Shown: positions 49,616 to 59,947, numbered from the stretch's first letter. The stretch is 64,000 nucleotides of DNA from Alphaproteobacteria bacterium (GCA_018830285.1 JAHJSB010000012.1:11433-75432); one strand, 5' to 3'. The notes: generated by a model from the sequence alone, not told the origin. Numbers and translations: made by a program.

Positions 49616-51302
49616 GCCCGGCCAACCCCCACAGAATGCGACGTCAGGATCCCTACGCAAGCGTCTCGTGATGACGCTGGTAGCGGCCCTGACTCCGATC
49701 CTGGCGCTGTCTGGCATGTCGGCCTACCTGGACGCCACCAAGGGGATGGACGATCGCCGCGCCAACCTCCTGCTGGTCGCCGACGCGTCCCTTGACGGCG
49801 TCGAGCAGTCGATCAACGAAGCGACGCTGATGCTGACACTCTCCCGCGATGACCTGGAGCGCAGGCGATGCAAGAAAGTGTTCAACATCCTCAAGGATCC
49901 TATCGTGCCCCTCGCGAATGTGGCCCGTTTTGATACCGAGGGGGTCGCAACCTGTTCAGCCGAATCCGATCCCGGATGGTCCCTTCCCGATCCCGAGATT
50001 AACGCGCGGCTGAAACGTGGCGAGAAGACGGTTCGTAGCGACACTTATTTCAGCGAGCGGAGCGGTGAGTGGCTGTTTGCCATCCTCATGCGGCTCGAGG
50101 ACGACGAGGGCAAGTTTGCGGGGTCTGCAGGACTTGAGCTGCGGACGGAGCAGCTGGCATCGCTGTCGCGCGGCGATTCCCTGCCCGAGGGCATGGAAGT
50201 GGCATTGCTGGACGACCGCGGCGAATCCTTTGGCAGCGAGCGGTTTTCGAAGATCGATCCGGACTGGGTCGCACAGGTTGCGAAAGCGGGATCGGCGAAA
50301 CTTTTCGTCCTGACAGGCGAAGATGGCGAGTCGCTTGACGTGGTGATCCAGCCCGTCGGACCAGGCAATGTCTTTGCCGCCATCTCGCGCAAGTCGCCCG
50401 GCCTGTGGAGTGATTTCACGCTGCGCCCGGTCAGGTCGATCGGCCTGCCACTGGTCGCCTTCTCGGTGGCCCTGCTGGCGGTCTGGATCGCGATCGATTC
50501 CCTTGTCCTGCGCTGGCTGTCGCGGCTGACCCGGACGGTCCGGGTGTATGGCGCCGGTCGTTACCAGTTCAAGGCCGGGGAGACGTTTGACAGGGCACCT
50601 GACGAAATCGCCAAGCTCGCCCGCGCGATGGACGTGATGGCCAAGGACATCGGCGAACGCGACAGGGACCTGAAACTGGCCATTGCAAGCCGCGACGAGG
50701 CCGTTCGCGAGATTCACCACCGCGTGAAAAACAATCTCCAGATCGTGACAAGCTTCCTCAACCTGCAGGGCCGCCAGCTGCGTGACCCCGAGGCCAAGGC
50801 CGCGATCGCCGCCGCGCGCCACCGGATCGACGCCCTCGCGATCGTCCACCAGACTCTCTACCAGAACGAGCGCCTCGAGCAGGTCCGGCTGAAACCGTTC
50901 CTGGGCGGCCTTGTCACGCACTTGTCAGAAGCCCTCGGCATGGAGGATTCCGGTGTCGAGGTCTTCCAGTCCTATGCTGACGTGGAGCGCCCGGCCGACG
51001 ATGCCATCCCGATGGCCCTGTTCATCGTCGAGGCCGTCACGAACGCGGTGAAGTACGCATTCGGCCCCGCCGGCGGCCAGATCCGTATCACGCTCAGCGT
51101 CGACGCGGACGGAACCAGGCTGGGCATATCCGACAATGGCCGTGGCTTTGATCCATCGACATCATCCGAGACACATGATGGCGGCGGGCTGGGGTCGAAG
51201 CTGATGACCGCCTTTTCGCGCCAATTGTCTGCCGAGCTGACTGTCGATGCGAGCGTGGATGGCGGCTGCCGCCTGACCCTGTTCATGCCCCGGAACGCAT
51301 AA
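49599..51302 (+). CDS. HisKA_2-type sensor histidine kinase (PhyK-like)
   Basis: Two TMs around a periplasmic domain, HAMP, REIHHRVKNNLQIV, EAVTNAVKY, DNGRG, GLGSKL; start uncertain. Confidence 0.9.
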   Translation: MRRQAEPGQPPQNATSGSLRKRLVMTLVAALTPILALSGMSAYLDATKGMDDRRANLLLVADASLDGVEQSINEATLMLTLSRDDLERRRCKKVFNILKDPIVPLANVARFDTEGVATCSAESDPGWSLPDPEINARLKRGEKTVRSDTYFSERSGEWLFAILMRLEDDEGKFAGSAGLELRTEQLASLSRGDSLPEGMEVALLDDRGESFGSERFSKIDPDWVAQVAKAGSAKLFVLTGEDGESLDVVIQPVGPGNVFAAISRKSPGLWSDFTLRPVRSIGLPLVAFSVALLAVWIAIDSLVLRWLSRLTRTVRVYGAGRYQFKAGETFDRAPDEIAKLARAMDVMAKDIGERDRDLKLAIASRDEAVREIHHRVKNNLQIVTSFLNLQGRQLRDPEAKAAIAAARHRIDALAIVHQTLYQNERLEQVRLKPFLGGLVTHLSEALGMEDSGVEVFQSYADVERPADDAIPMALFIVEAVTNAVKYAFGPAGGQIRITLSVDADGTRLGISDNGRGFDPSTSSETHDGGGLGSKLMTAFSRQLSAELTVDASVDGGCRLTLFMPRNA

Positions 51303-51334
51303 AGGCAGCGCCCTGCCCGCCTCACATCGCCTGC

Positions 51335-51679
51335 CTAAAGGCTGGCCTCGATGGCAATGGCGAGGGCGAATTCCTCGCCGGGTCGCAACAGTTTGAGCCC
51401 GGCCGCTTCGGGGTCGGGCGCTTCGAAGGCGGCGGTGCAGTGGGAGACCGGCTCGAAACAGAAACAGCGTGCGTCCGTGGGCGTATAGATCACGCAATAG
51501 TTTGCCCCCCCCCGGATCGCCCGGATCCCTATCTGAAGGCCGGTCTCCGGCTGGATGATCGTGGCGGACCCCTGCCAGCCCGCATAGCAGTGATCGATAT
51601 CGGTTCCCGACACCGGGCGCGGGCTCGCAAAGCGGATCGCAGCATCAAGCGGCTGCGAGACCAGAGGCCCCTGCCCCCA
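51335..51679 (-). pseudogene. Aldose 1-epimerase family C-terminal remnant
   Basis: FASPRPV...IDHCYAGWQG...CVIYTP...FCFEPVSH...GLKLLRPGE. Only about 114 codons are open, bounded by an in-frame TGA at 51680; the N-terminal part is missing. Confidence 0.72.
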
Positions 51680-51751
51680 TCAGCGGCGCGGCGCTGTCGG
51701 CGTCTAACCGAAGCGTGGTTTGATTGGTACACCAAAAATAGGGGTGAACCC

Positions 51752-51907
51752 GTGGTCGACGACGAGAGCTGGCTGCAGACTTTCCTTCCGCGCCCCGACG
51801 ATGTCCTGAAGCGCCCGACATTGTACGACGCAGACTACAAGGCCAAGGCCATGCGCAAATCGCTCAGCGACGCATTCAGGGGGGCCGTTTACCGGCAGGC
51901 GCTGTAA
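51752..51907 (+). pseudogene. GH10 endo-1,4-beta-xylanase C-terminal remnant
   Basis: VVDDESWLQTFLPRPDDVLKRPTLYDADYKAKAMRKSLSDAF matches the recalled GH10 tail (W)GMVDK-SWL---PR-DG--KR---YD--YKAKP-R-A---AF. Confidence 0.62.
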
Positions 51908-51998
51908 TGTCGGGCGATTGCCCGCCTCGGATCGGTTCAGGGCCTCATACTGGTGCACCTGCCGCGAGAAGATCCTTGCCAACCTTGTGTTTGGATAG

Positions 51999-52018
51999 TT
52001 AGAGGCTGGAGCCTCTAA
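51999..52018. promoter_or_regulatory. Perfect inverted repeat upstream of the LacI gene
   Basis: TTAGAGGCT-GG-AGCCTCTAA (9-bp arms), about 15 bp before the GTG start. Confidence 0.5.
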
Positions 52019-52032
52019 TACATTAGCATTGA

Positions 52033-53079
52033 GTGGACAGAATATCAGTGAGCAAGCGCCAACCGATTACAATCAAGGAAGTCGCCGAAGAAGCCGGCGT
52101 ATCCCAGATGACCGTTTCACGGGTGCTGAACAAGCAGAAACTCGTCAAGGAGTCGACGCGCTTGCGGGTTGAAGCGGCGATTGCCGCGCTCAATTACCGG
52201 CCCAACCTGATGGCGCGCGGCCTGGCAGGCGGCAAGTCCAAACTGATCGGGCTGGCCTATTACAACCCGAGTCCGAGCTATCTCAGCGCCCTCCTGGTCA
52301 GCGCACTGAAAGAGTGCCGCGATCTGGGGCATCACCTGGTCATTGAAGACCTGTCGGACATCGAGGGCGATCTCGACAATTCGGTCATCGTCAAACGTCT
52401 CAGCTCGATCCGCCTTGACGGCCTGATCCTTGCGCCGCCGCTGAGCAGCAACCAGGCCCTGCTCACACTGATGCAGGATATGGGGATCCCGGTTGTCGCC
52501 CTAAGTTATCGCGACCCCCAGTCCAATCATTCGAGCGTCGCCTTCGACGATGTTGCCGCTTCCTTCGCGATGACCGAGCTGCTGATCGAAAAGGGTCACA
52601 AGCGCATCGGCTTCATTCGGGGACCGCGCGAGCATCCATCATCTCCCCAACGCCAGGTCGGTTACGAAGAGGCGCTCAAGGCGCACGGCATCCCGATCGA
52701 CAAGGGTCTGATCTTCGAAGGCGACTTCACCTTCAAGTCCGGTATGCAGCTTGCCAATGAGGTGCTCGACGCCAAGGCGCCACCCACGGCTGTCTTCGCC
52801 AGCAATGACGACATGGCTGCCGGCCTCATTGCGGGCACCCAGCGGCGCGGCGTGAAGATCCCGTCAGAACTGTCGATTGTCGGATTTGATGATACCGCCA
52901 TCGCGGCCGCCATCTGGCCGCGACTGACCACCGTGAAACAGCCAATCGCCGAAATGGCCCAGACCGCAGTCGACATGATTTCCGACATTACCAGTGCCAA
53001 CTGGAACGGAGAGCCTGCGCACGTGACGATTGATACGATCCAGATCGTCGAACGCGAAAGCCTCACAACACCGCACTGA
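52033..53079 (+). CDS. LacI-family transcriptional regulator
   Basis: TIKEVAEEAGVSQMTVSRVLN...YRPNLMARGL; sugar-binding domain (FASNDDMAAG, VGFDD, LTTVKQP). Start is 52033 or 52048. Confidence 0.96.
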   Translation: MDRISVSKRQPITIKEVAEEAGVSQMTVSRVLNKQKLVKESTRLRVEAAIAALNYRPNLMARGLAGGKSKLIGLAYYNPSPSYLSALLVSALKECRDLGHHLVIEDLSDIEGDLDNSVIVKRLSSIRLDGLILAPPLSSNQALLTLMQDMGIPVVALSYRDPQSNHSSVAFDDVAASFAMTELLIEKGHKRIGFIRGPREHPSSPQRQVGYEEALKAHGIPIDKGLIFEGDFTFKSGMQLANEVLDAKAPPTAVFASNDDMAAGLIAGTQRRGVKIPSELSIVGFDDTAIAAAIWPRLTTVKQPIAEMAQTAVDMISDITSANWNGEPAHVTIDTIQIVERESLTTPH

Positions 53080-53452
53080 CGTTCGCAATTGTGTCAGGCG
53101 CGTGCCGCCAAGACCTGGATTGACGGATTGAGCAAATAAAACGGCCGGCCCGGACGACGACGAAGATCGAGATGAACCCGGCAGAGGCGCGTGACTGTTG
53201 GGGCGATGCACCAATCTGAAGCCTGTTCTCCAATGACGACGTGCCGGTCAGTCCGTTCAACATGAGAGCGCAATAGGGAGCCGCCGACAGCGGGTGCCCC
53301 GTCTTGCGGCGACGCAGCGCGCGTGATAGCGCCCCCACCGATAAAGACCCAGGTCGAGAGGTTGACGAACCGGCGCCGGACCTGTCCACTCGCGCCGATG
53401 CGCACAACTGTCCGTACCGCACTCCGATTCCTCCAAGGCAGCCGTCCCCGAC

Positions 53453-54499
53453 ATGACACCATCGTCCGCACTCTCCGCACTCTCTTGCCAACCGTCCGAT
53501 ACGCCCTGGCCGACGGCGGACTGGCCCGAGGCGAACGTCCCGGACCATGTCGATTCAGCTTCCCTGGATCGCCTTCTGGACATCGCCTTCAGCGACCCAG
53601 CGCCTGATAGAATGGGCGAAACCCATGCCTTCCTCGCGGTGCATCGCGGGCGCATCGTCAGTGAGCGCTATTGGCGCGAATATACGGTCAGCGACACCTA
53701 TCCGTCCTGGTCGCAGGCAAAGAGCATCACGCATGCGCTGGTCGGTATTCTCGCGCAACAAGGCCTGATCGACGTCCATGCGCCTGCCGATGTCCCGGAA
53801 TGGCATGAGGCCGATGACCCCCGCCGCCACATCACACTCGACCAGCTGCTGCGCATGTCGAGCGGACTGAAATTCGCGGAGGACTATGTCGATGCAGGCG
53901 TGTCCGACGTGATCGAAATGCTATTCGGCGGCGGCAAGGATGACGTGGCCGGTTTCGCCGCGAATTTCCCGCTCGTGCAAGAACCCGGCAGCACGTGGAG
54001 CTATGCCAGCGGCACGACCAATATCGTCGCCCGCTGTGCCGCCCGCGCGCTTGGCAAGTCTGGAGACGACTTCCGGTCGTGGATGTTCCGTGAACTGTTC
54101 GAACCAATCGGGATCCAGTCGGCGCAACCGAAGTTTGACGCACAGGGCACCTTTATCGGCTCGTCCTTCTGCTATGCGACCGCGCGAGACTTCGCCCGAT
54201 TCGGCCTGCTCTACATGCGCGACGGGGTCTGGAACGGGCAGCGCATCCTGCCCGAAAGCTGGGTCGACTATGCCCGTACGCCAACAAAGACACCGCCAAC
54301 TGAATCCCTCGGCTACGGCGCCCACTGGTGGCTGGGCATGTGCGGGCCCGGCAGTTTCTCGGCCAATGGCTATCAGGGCCAATATACCGTCCTTGTGCCC
54401 GATCTCGACCTGATCCTTGTCCGCCACGGCAATTCGATGGATGAGAAAGGCGACGAAGTCAGGCGCTGGCTGGCACAGGTTGCCGACTGCTTCCGCTAG
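53453..54499 (+). CDS. Serine hydrolase, beta-lactamase family
   Basis: SxxK (SWSQAKS), LLRMSSGL, WSYASGTT, YGAHWW, GYQGQ. Confidence 0.9.
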   Translation: MTPSSALSALSCQPSDTPWPTADWPEANVPDHVDSASLDRLLDIAFSDPAPDRMGETHAFLAVHRGRIVSERYWREYTVSDTYPSWSQAKSITHALVGILAQQGLIDVHAPADVPEWHEADDPRRHITLDQLLRMSSGLKFAEDYVDAGVSDVIEMLFGGGKDDVAGFAANFPLVQEPGSTWSYASGTTNIVARCAARALGKSGDDFRSWMFRELFEPIGIQSAQPKFDAQGTFIGSSFCYATARDFARFGLLYMRDGVWNGQRILPESWVDYARTPTKTPPTESLGYGAHWWLGMCGPGSFSANGYQGQYTVLVPDLDLILVRHGNSMDEKGDEVRRWLAQVADCFR

Positions 54500-54506
54500 G
54501 CGCGTT

Positions 54507-56132
54507 TCACGACCGGCCTGACGCCATGTCCCGCGATACCTTGTCGGCAATCATGATTGTCGGCGTGTTCGTGTTTCCCGATACGATCGTTGGCATCACC
54601 GAAGCATCGATCACCCGAAGCCCGGCCACGCCATGCACTTTCAGGTCCTTGTCCACCACGGCCAGCGGGTCGTCGGCCCGCCCCATGCGCGCGGTGCCGA
54701 CCGGATGGAAGATGGTCGTGCCGATGTCGCCCGCCGCTTTGGCAAGGGACACATCATCATCGCCCACATCCGGCCCCGGCAACATCTCGTCCGGATGGAA
54801 TGGCGCCAGCGCAGCCTGCGCCATAAGGCGCCGTGTCATCCTGATGGCATCTGCCGCTACAGCCCGGTCAGTCTCGGTCGCAAGATAGTTCGGGTTGATA
54901 TGGGGTTTGGCGTCCAGCGCCGCCGACTCGGTCCTTACTTCGCCGCGCGACGTAGGCCGCAGATTGCAGGCACTCGCTGTGATTGCCGGAAACCGGTGGA
55001 GCGGCTCACCGAACTTGTCGAGCGACAGCGGCTGGATGTGGAACTCGAGATTGGCCCTATCCTGCCCCGCATCCGAGCGCGCAAAGATGCCCAGCTGCGA
55101 GGGTGCCATTGTCAGCGCCCCGCGCCGCCGCACGGCATAGTCCAGCCCCATGCCCATCCGGCCAGGCAGGGAATGGTAGGTTTCGTTCAGAGTCCGCGTG
55201 CCCGATACGCGAAAGATCGCGCGCTGCTGCAAATGGTCCTGGAGGTTCCGGCCGACGCCCTGCCGGTCAATCACGGGGGAAATGCCCGCCGCCGTCAACC
55301 AGCCAGCGGGACCGACACCTGAGCGATGCAGGACTTGCACCGACCCGACCGCCCCGGCGCACAGGATCACTTCGCCCTTGGCCGTCGCCGTTCGTTGGCG
55401 TCCGTCCTGAATGTACGCAACGCCCGCAGCACGCCCGTTCTCGATGACAAGCCGATCGACAAGGCAACCGGTTTCGGTCCGCAGGTTGTTGCGCCGAGAC
55501 ACCGGCTTCAGGAAGCCCCGCGCCGCCGACCAGCGCAGGCCCCGTTTCTGGTTGACGTGGAAATAGCCGACGCCCTCATTGTCTCCGGTATTGAAATCCT
55601 CCGTTGCCGGAACACCCATCTCGCAGGCGGCATCGCGGACGGCATCAAGAATGCCCCAACGCACGCGCGGGTATTCGACGCGCCACTCGCCACCCACTCC
55701 ATGGTGTTCGGTCTCGCCCAGGAAATGGTCCTCGATCCGCCTGAACACCGGCAGGACATCCGACCAGCCCCATCCCGATAATCCGAGATCGCGCCAATGG
55801 TCATAGTCCGCCGCCTGTCCGCGCATCGAAATCATCGCATTGATTGCCGACGAGCCGCCGAGCACCCTGCCCCTCGGGTAGGACAGCTTGCGTCCGTTCA
55901 GTCCGTCCTGTGCAACTGTCTCGAACATCCAGTCCGAGCGCGGATTCCCGATGGCGAAGAGGTAGCCGACCGGAATATGGAACCACAGCCAGTTGTCGCG
56001 CCCGCCCGCCTCCAGCAACAGGACACGCTTTTGCGAGTCCGCCGACAGCCGGTTGGCGACAACGCAGCCTGCCGAGCCGGCACCGACAACAATGTAGTCG
56101 TATTCGCCATCAATCGGGTCTGCAGCGGGCAA
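54507..56132 (-). CDS. GMC family oxidoreductase (choline dehydrogenase-like)
   Basis: [45 protein letters not shown]; probable TTG start after AAGGA. Confidence 0.93.
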   Translation of the reverse strand: MPAADPIDGEYDYIVVGAGSAGCVVANRLSADSQKRVLLLEAGGRDNWLWFHIPVGYLFAIGNPRSDWMFETVAQDGLNGRKLSYPRGRVLGGSSAINAMISMRGQAADYDHWRDLGLSGWGWSDVLPVFRRIEDHFLGETEHHGVGGEWRVEYPRVRWGILDAVRDAACEMGVPATEDFNTGDNEGVGYFHVNQKRGLRWSAARGFLKPVSRRNNLRTETGCLVDRLVIENGRAAGVAYIQDGRQRTATAKGEVILCAGAVGSVQVLHRSGVGPAGWLTAAGISPVIDRQGVGRNLQDHLQQRAIFRVSGTRTLNETYHSLPGRMGMGLDYAVRRRGALTMAPSQLGIFARSDAGQDRANLEFHIQPLSLDKFGEPLHRFPAITASACNLRPTSRGEVRTESAALDAKPHINPNYLATETDRAVAADAIRMTRRLMAQAALAPFHPDEMLPGPDVGDDDVSLAKAAGDIGTTIFHPVGTARMGRADDPLAVVDKDLKVHGVAGLRVIDASVMPTIVSGNTNTPTIMIADKVSRDMASGRS

Positions 56133-56202
56133 TGGGACGGTCCTTTTGGCTTCGCACCTGACTACAGGACGCGTCTCCACTACGCCAGTCGCAAGCCTTG
56201 CC

Positions 56203-56889
56203 CTAGCTCGCGATCCGTCCGGCGAATCGCGCATCGGCCCGCATGCGGTTCAGCACGACGCCGATTACGCACCCACCCCGGCTTTCGATGGCGAGCTGGG
56301 CTTCTCCAACCTCCTCCGCATTGGTCGATTCAGCCTGCACGACCAGCACGACACCATCAGCTTCGTTGGCCACGCCCAGTGCGGCGTCCGACCGATCCAG
56401 TGCCGGCGCGTCCACGATGATCCAGTCAGTCGACCGGCGCAGCGCCTGCCACCAGGCCGGCTGGGAGCGCAGGCGCACGGTGTGGCCGCGCGCCAATCGC
56501 TCGGTCCGGAACCGCGTCACCAGCAGCCGCGTCCCGTTCACAGGGTGAGCGGTCAACAGTTTCGATGTGCCGCCTTGGGCCGCCGGTATCAATTCATACA
56601 TTGGCGCGCACCCGAGCGCAGCATCATAGGCCCGGCCGGGCTGCGCCAAGCCGGTCGCGAACCCCCGATCAAACGCGTCATAAGCCGCATTCCGGGTGAG
56701 TTCGAGATCGACCAGCCAGGCCGTCCGTTCGGCATGCTCGGCCGCCATCAAGGCGAACGAGGCCGCCATGCTGCTCGTGCCTTCACCGCTGCGCGCCGCG
56801 ACGAACATCACAGTGCGTGCGCCCTGCTGCGGCCTCAGGCGCGATGCAACGCGCCACAGCGTCGCCAGATCCGGCCGCAGGTCCCGCAT
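56203..56889 (-). CDS. hfsB: HfsB-like polysaccharide autokinase-related protein
   Basis: BY-kinase fold ([35 protein letters not shown]) directly after an hfsA-like gene. Confidence 0.72.
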   Translation of the reverse strand: MRDLRPDLATLWRVASRLRPQQGARTVMFVAARSGEGTSSMAASFALMAAEHAERTAWLVDLELTRNAAYDAFDRGFATGLAQPGRAYDAALGCAPMYELIPAAQGGTSKLLTAHPVNGTRLLVTRFRTERLARGHTVRLRSQPAWWQALRRSTDWIIVDAPALDRSDAALGVANEADGVVLVVQAESTNAEEVGEAQLAIESRGGCVIGVVLNRMRADARFAGRIAS

Positions 56890-56895
56890 CCCCGC

Positions 56896-58350
56896 TCAGA
56901 CCTCCCCGACAGTCGCGAGCACGGGCAGGTCCAGCGTGCGTTCGACCGAGCGCCGTGTGGCAAAGCCTGTGCGGGACAGGGCCTTCAGCAGCCCGGCAAC
57001 TATCGCAGCGAGGCAGGCCAGCGCAAAGGCCAGCACCGCCACGACGGATCGCGTCGCGGTCGGCCGCACCGGCACGTTCGCGGGTTCAAGCACGCGGATG
57101 CCGTCGAAACGGCTCACATTGGTATCCACTTCCTGTCTCACCTCTGTCATTAGGTCGCGCTCCAGAAAGTCCCGCTTGCGCATCAATTCCTTGTAGCGCG
57201 GCGTGAGGCTGGTGAGGCGAGCCTGACGCGCCTCAAATCCGGCGATCTGCCGCGCCAGGGCAGCCTGCTGGTCTGTCAGTGACGCCGCTTCTGCCTGCAG
57301 GTCGCCGATAACCGACAGCATCTGCTCATAACGCGGGTTCGGCCCCGTCCGCACCATGCCAACCGGTCCGTCCAGCGTGTCGATGAAGGTTTCGGCCCGG
57401 GCAATGCGCCGGTCCATCTCCTGTATCACTGCAGACCCCGGCAAATTATTGACCAGAAGCGCCTCGCGTTCGAGCTTCATGTCGATCAGAGTCTGCTCGG
57501 TGGAGTCCTCAACGAAGAGGCGTTGTTGCGGGCGGATTGCCCTGATCTGCCCGCGATAAGCGCCAAGCTGGCTCTCCACCTGCTGCAGACGGGAATCCGC
57601 TTCCAGCAGGTCTTCACTGGCCGCCTGGTAGAGCGCCTGCACGGTATCGCGCTCCGCTTCGAAATTGCTGATGCCCTGCGCTTCAAGGAAACCGCCGACT
57701 GCGGCTTCAGATTCCAGCAGCCGGGCTTCCAGTGCGGCCCGATCAACCGGTAGCCTGATGGCCTGCGGCTGCGCCAGCACTTGCGTGCGATAGGCAAGAT
57801 AGGCTCCGACGAGCGCATTGAGCACTTCTGCGGATGTTTCTGCATCGCCGTTCCGGTAAGTGGCCGTGATGACGGGCGCCCTCGACGCCGCCCATACGTG
57901 GAAGTCCCGCTCCATCGCCTCGACACTCATCTGGCGACACTCTGCGGCGAGACGGCGAAGCCCCTCGGCATCGCCCCGCACGGCGCGGCTCCGGGCCTCG
58001 CAGCTGTGGTTGAGCGCAGGATACAGGCGCGACATCGGAAACCGGTCGAGCACACGGGCAACGACCAACGGACTGCGCAGGAATTCCAGCTCTGGCTGGA
58101 CAAGGTCATCATGACTGGCGCTGCTGGTCGACGACACGATCAGGCGCGAGCGCGATTCAAACTGGTCTGGTCGTGACAGGGCCGCTGCAAGGCCGAGTGC
58201 AAATACCGGCACGAAGACCAGCAGCATCAGCCACTTTGCCCGCCAGAACTGCACAATCAGGTCAGCGGCCCCAAGCCGTGGCCGCGACGCGAATGTCCGC
58301 GCCATGCCATTGTCCGCCGGATCTCGGTTGGGGGCCTCGGTCGAAGGCAT
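56896..58350 (-). CDS. hfsA: HfsA-like polysaccharide co-polymerase (Wzz/GumC family)
   Basis: Two TMs flanking a coiled-coil periplasmic region; C-terminal VERTLDLPVLAT. Confidence 0.72.
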   Translation of the reverse strand: MPSTEAPNRDPADNGMARTFASRPRLGAADLIVQFWRAKWLMLLVFVPVFALGLAAALSRPDQFESRSRLIVSSTSSASHDDLVQPELEFLRSPLVVARVLDRFPMSRLYPALNHSCEARSRAVRGDAEGLRRLAAECRQMSVEAMERDFHVWAASRAPVITATYRNGDAETSAEVLNALVGAYLAYRTQVLAQPQAIRLPVDRAALEARLLESEAAVGGFLEAQGISNFEAERDTVQALYQAASEDLLEADSRLQQVESQLGAYRGQIRAIRPQQRLFVEDSTEQTLIDMKLEREALLVNNLPGSAVIQEMDRRIARAETFIDTLDGPVGMVRTGPNPRYEQMLSVIGDLQAEAASLTDQQAALARQIAGFEARQARLTSLTPRYKELMRKRDFLERDLMTEVRQEVDTNVSRFDGIRVLEPANVPVRPTATRSVVAVLAFALACLAAIVAGLLKALSRTGFATRRSVERTLDLPVLATVGEV

Positions 58351-58471
58351 GTCGGTTGCGGCTCCTCACAGCGCGTGAGGAATCAAACTCGCACGCTGCC
58401 GCTTGATATTTCATTAAGCTTAACAACGGCGCCCGGACAGGAGCATCAGCGTCCGGGCGAGCCGCGACAGC

Positions 58472-58741
58472 CTAGTTCATCAGTTTGAGCCACTCACGGG
58501 CCGACTGGAGCGCCTGCTTGACCTCGTCGGAGGACATCATATCGGCCAGTTCGGCGCGCTGAATCTTGGCATCTTCCATCCCGCGCAGGGCGGCAAGGTT
58601 GAACCATTTATGCGCGGCAATCATGTCGACTTCCACGTTAAGGCCGGTCGAATAGACCAGGCCGGCCTGGTAAAGTTCCTCGGGAGCCGAATCCGGTCCG
58701 AGCATTGATGCGAGGTCTAAAGCGTAATCTGCAAAGGGCAT
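58472..58741 (-). CDS. Small Sel1-like repeat protein
   Basis: LYQAGLVYSTGLNVEVDMIAAHKWFNLAALRG...ARE WL, a single Sel1 repeat in 89 aa. Confidence 0.85.
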   Translation of the reverse strand: MPFADYALDLASMLGPDSAPEELYQAGLVYSTGLNVEVDMIAAHKWFNLAALRGMEDAKIQRAELADMMSSDEVKQALQSAREWLKLMN

Positions 58742-59001
58742 TGTCTTGTTCCTGTTTCACCTTGCCACCGCATCGCCGGGATCAGTCCCGTGTCCTGCCT
58801 TGGCAACCACCACCCGCCTTGTCCGGCGATGTGTGGAGAGTGCCGTGAGAGATTTGCGTTATAGTTAACGCCAGAGCGCCCAAAGGGGCAGAGTGTTACC
58901 GTCCGGGGGCGCCTGATTAACCCTGAACGCTCGAAGGCCGCTCACAGCCCGATAAGCCATTTTAGCTTTCCGCTCTCGCGACAATCTGGCAAACTTGAAC
59001 C

Positions 59002-59943
59002 ATGACCGAATATTTCAAACCGATCCCGTACGCGCTGTGGCGCGAAGACAATACGGCTTTTGCCGAAGCGCTGGGAAACTCGTTCCGTGAGACTGGCTTT
59101 GCCGTCATCGCCGGCCATCCGGTCGACCAAAGCGTCATTGACGAGAACCTGCGCGCCACGAAGGCCTTCTTCGCCATGCCGGATATCGCCAAGCTCGCCT
59201 ATGACGGCAAGTCCGGCGGCGGCCAGCGCGGCTACACCGCTTTTGCCACCGAGAATGCAAAGGGCGCCGCCAAGGCAGACCTCAAGGAATTCTGGCACAC
59301 CGGTCGCCACTTGCCGGCCAACTCACCCTATCGCAAGACCATGGCCGACACGCCCAGCGTCGGCGAGATACCGGATTTTGACCGCGCCACCCGCGCCCTC
59401 TTCGATGCGCTGGACGAAATGTGCCGTGATCTCCTGCGCGCCATCGCGCTCCACCTCGGCCTTGATGAGCTGTGGTTCGAAGACCGCGTCGAGATGGGCA
59501 ATTCCATCCTCCGCCTCCTCCACTATCCGCCACAGGAAAACCCGCCACCGGAAGGCACCGTCCGCGCGGGCGCGCATGAAGACATCAATGTCATCACGCT
59601 CCTTCTCGGGGCCGAAGAGGCTGGCCTCGAAGTGAAGCACCGCTCCGGCGAATGGCTCGCGGTCAACCCGCCGCCCGGCGCCCTCGTCATCAATTGCGGC
59701 GACATGCTCCAGCGCCTCACGGCCGGCGTCCTGCCTTCGACCACGCACCGAGTCGTCAACCCGGCGCCCGAGCGCGCGAAATTTCCGCGCTACTCGACGC
59801 CCTTCTTCCTCCACTTCAACCAGGATGTCATCATCGAGGCCCTGCCCCAATGCGTCGCCGAAGGCGGCAAGCCCCAGCCCCCGATCACCGCGCAGGACTA
59901 CCTGATGGAACGCCTCCGCGAGATCGGCCTCGTAAAGGTATAG
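59002..59943 (+). CDS. Isopenicillin N synthase-family 2OG-Fe(II) oxygenase
   Basis: GQRGY, DLKEFW, LRLLHYPP, HxD (AHEDI), NCGDMLQ, THRV, RYS. Confidence 0.93.
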   Translation: MTEYFKPIPYALWREDNTAFAEALGNSFRETGFAVIAGHPVDQSVIDENLRATKAFFAMPDIAKLAYDGKSGGGQRGYTAFATENAKGAAKADLKEFWHTGRHLPANSPYRKTMADTPSVGEIPDFDRATRALFDALDEMCRDLLRAIALHLGLDELWFEDRVEMGNSILRLLHYPPQENPPPEGTVRAGAHEDINVITLLLGAEEAGLEVKHRSGEWLAVNPPPGALVINCGDMLQRLTAGVLPSTTHRVVNPAPERAKFPRYSTPFFLHFNQDVIIEALPQCVAEGGKPQPPITAQDYLMERLREIGLVKV

Positions 59944-59947
59944 TACT

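Noticed and set aside
51505-51513. C9 homopolymer as a phase-variation switch
   Set aside because: It lies in frame within a 5'-truncated pseudogene, so switching could not restore a product.
51704-51982. 92-aa minus-strand ORF
   Set aside because: It is the shadow of the GH10 remnant on the plus strand.
53080-53452. Possible decayed MFS-transporter fragment after lacI (hydrophobic snippets in mixed minus frames)
   Set aside because: Too fragmentary to support by eye; BLASTx would be needed.
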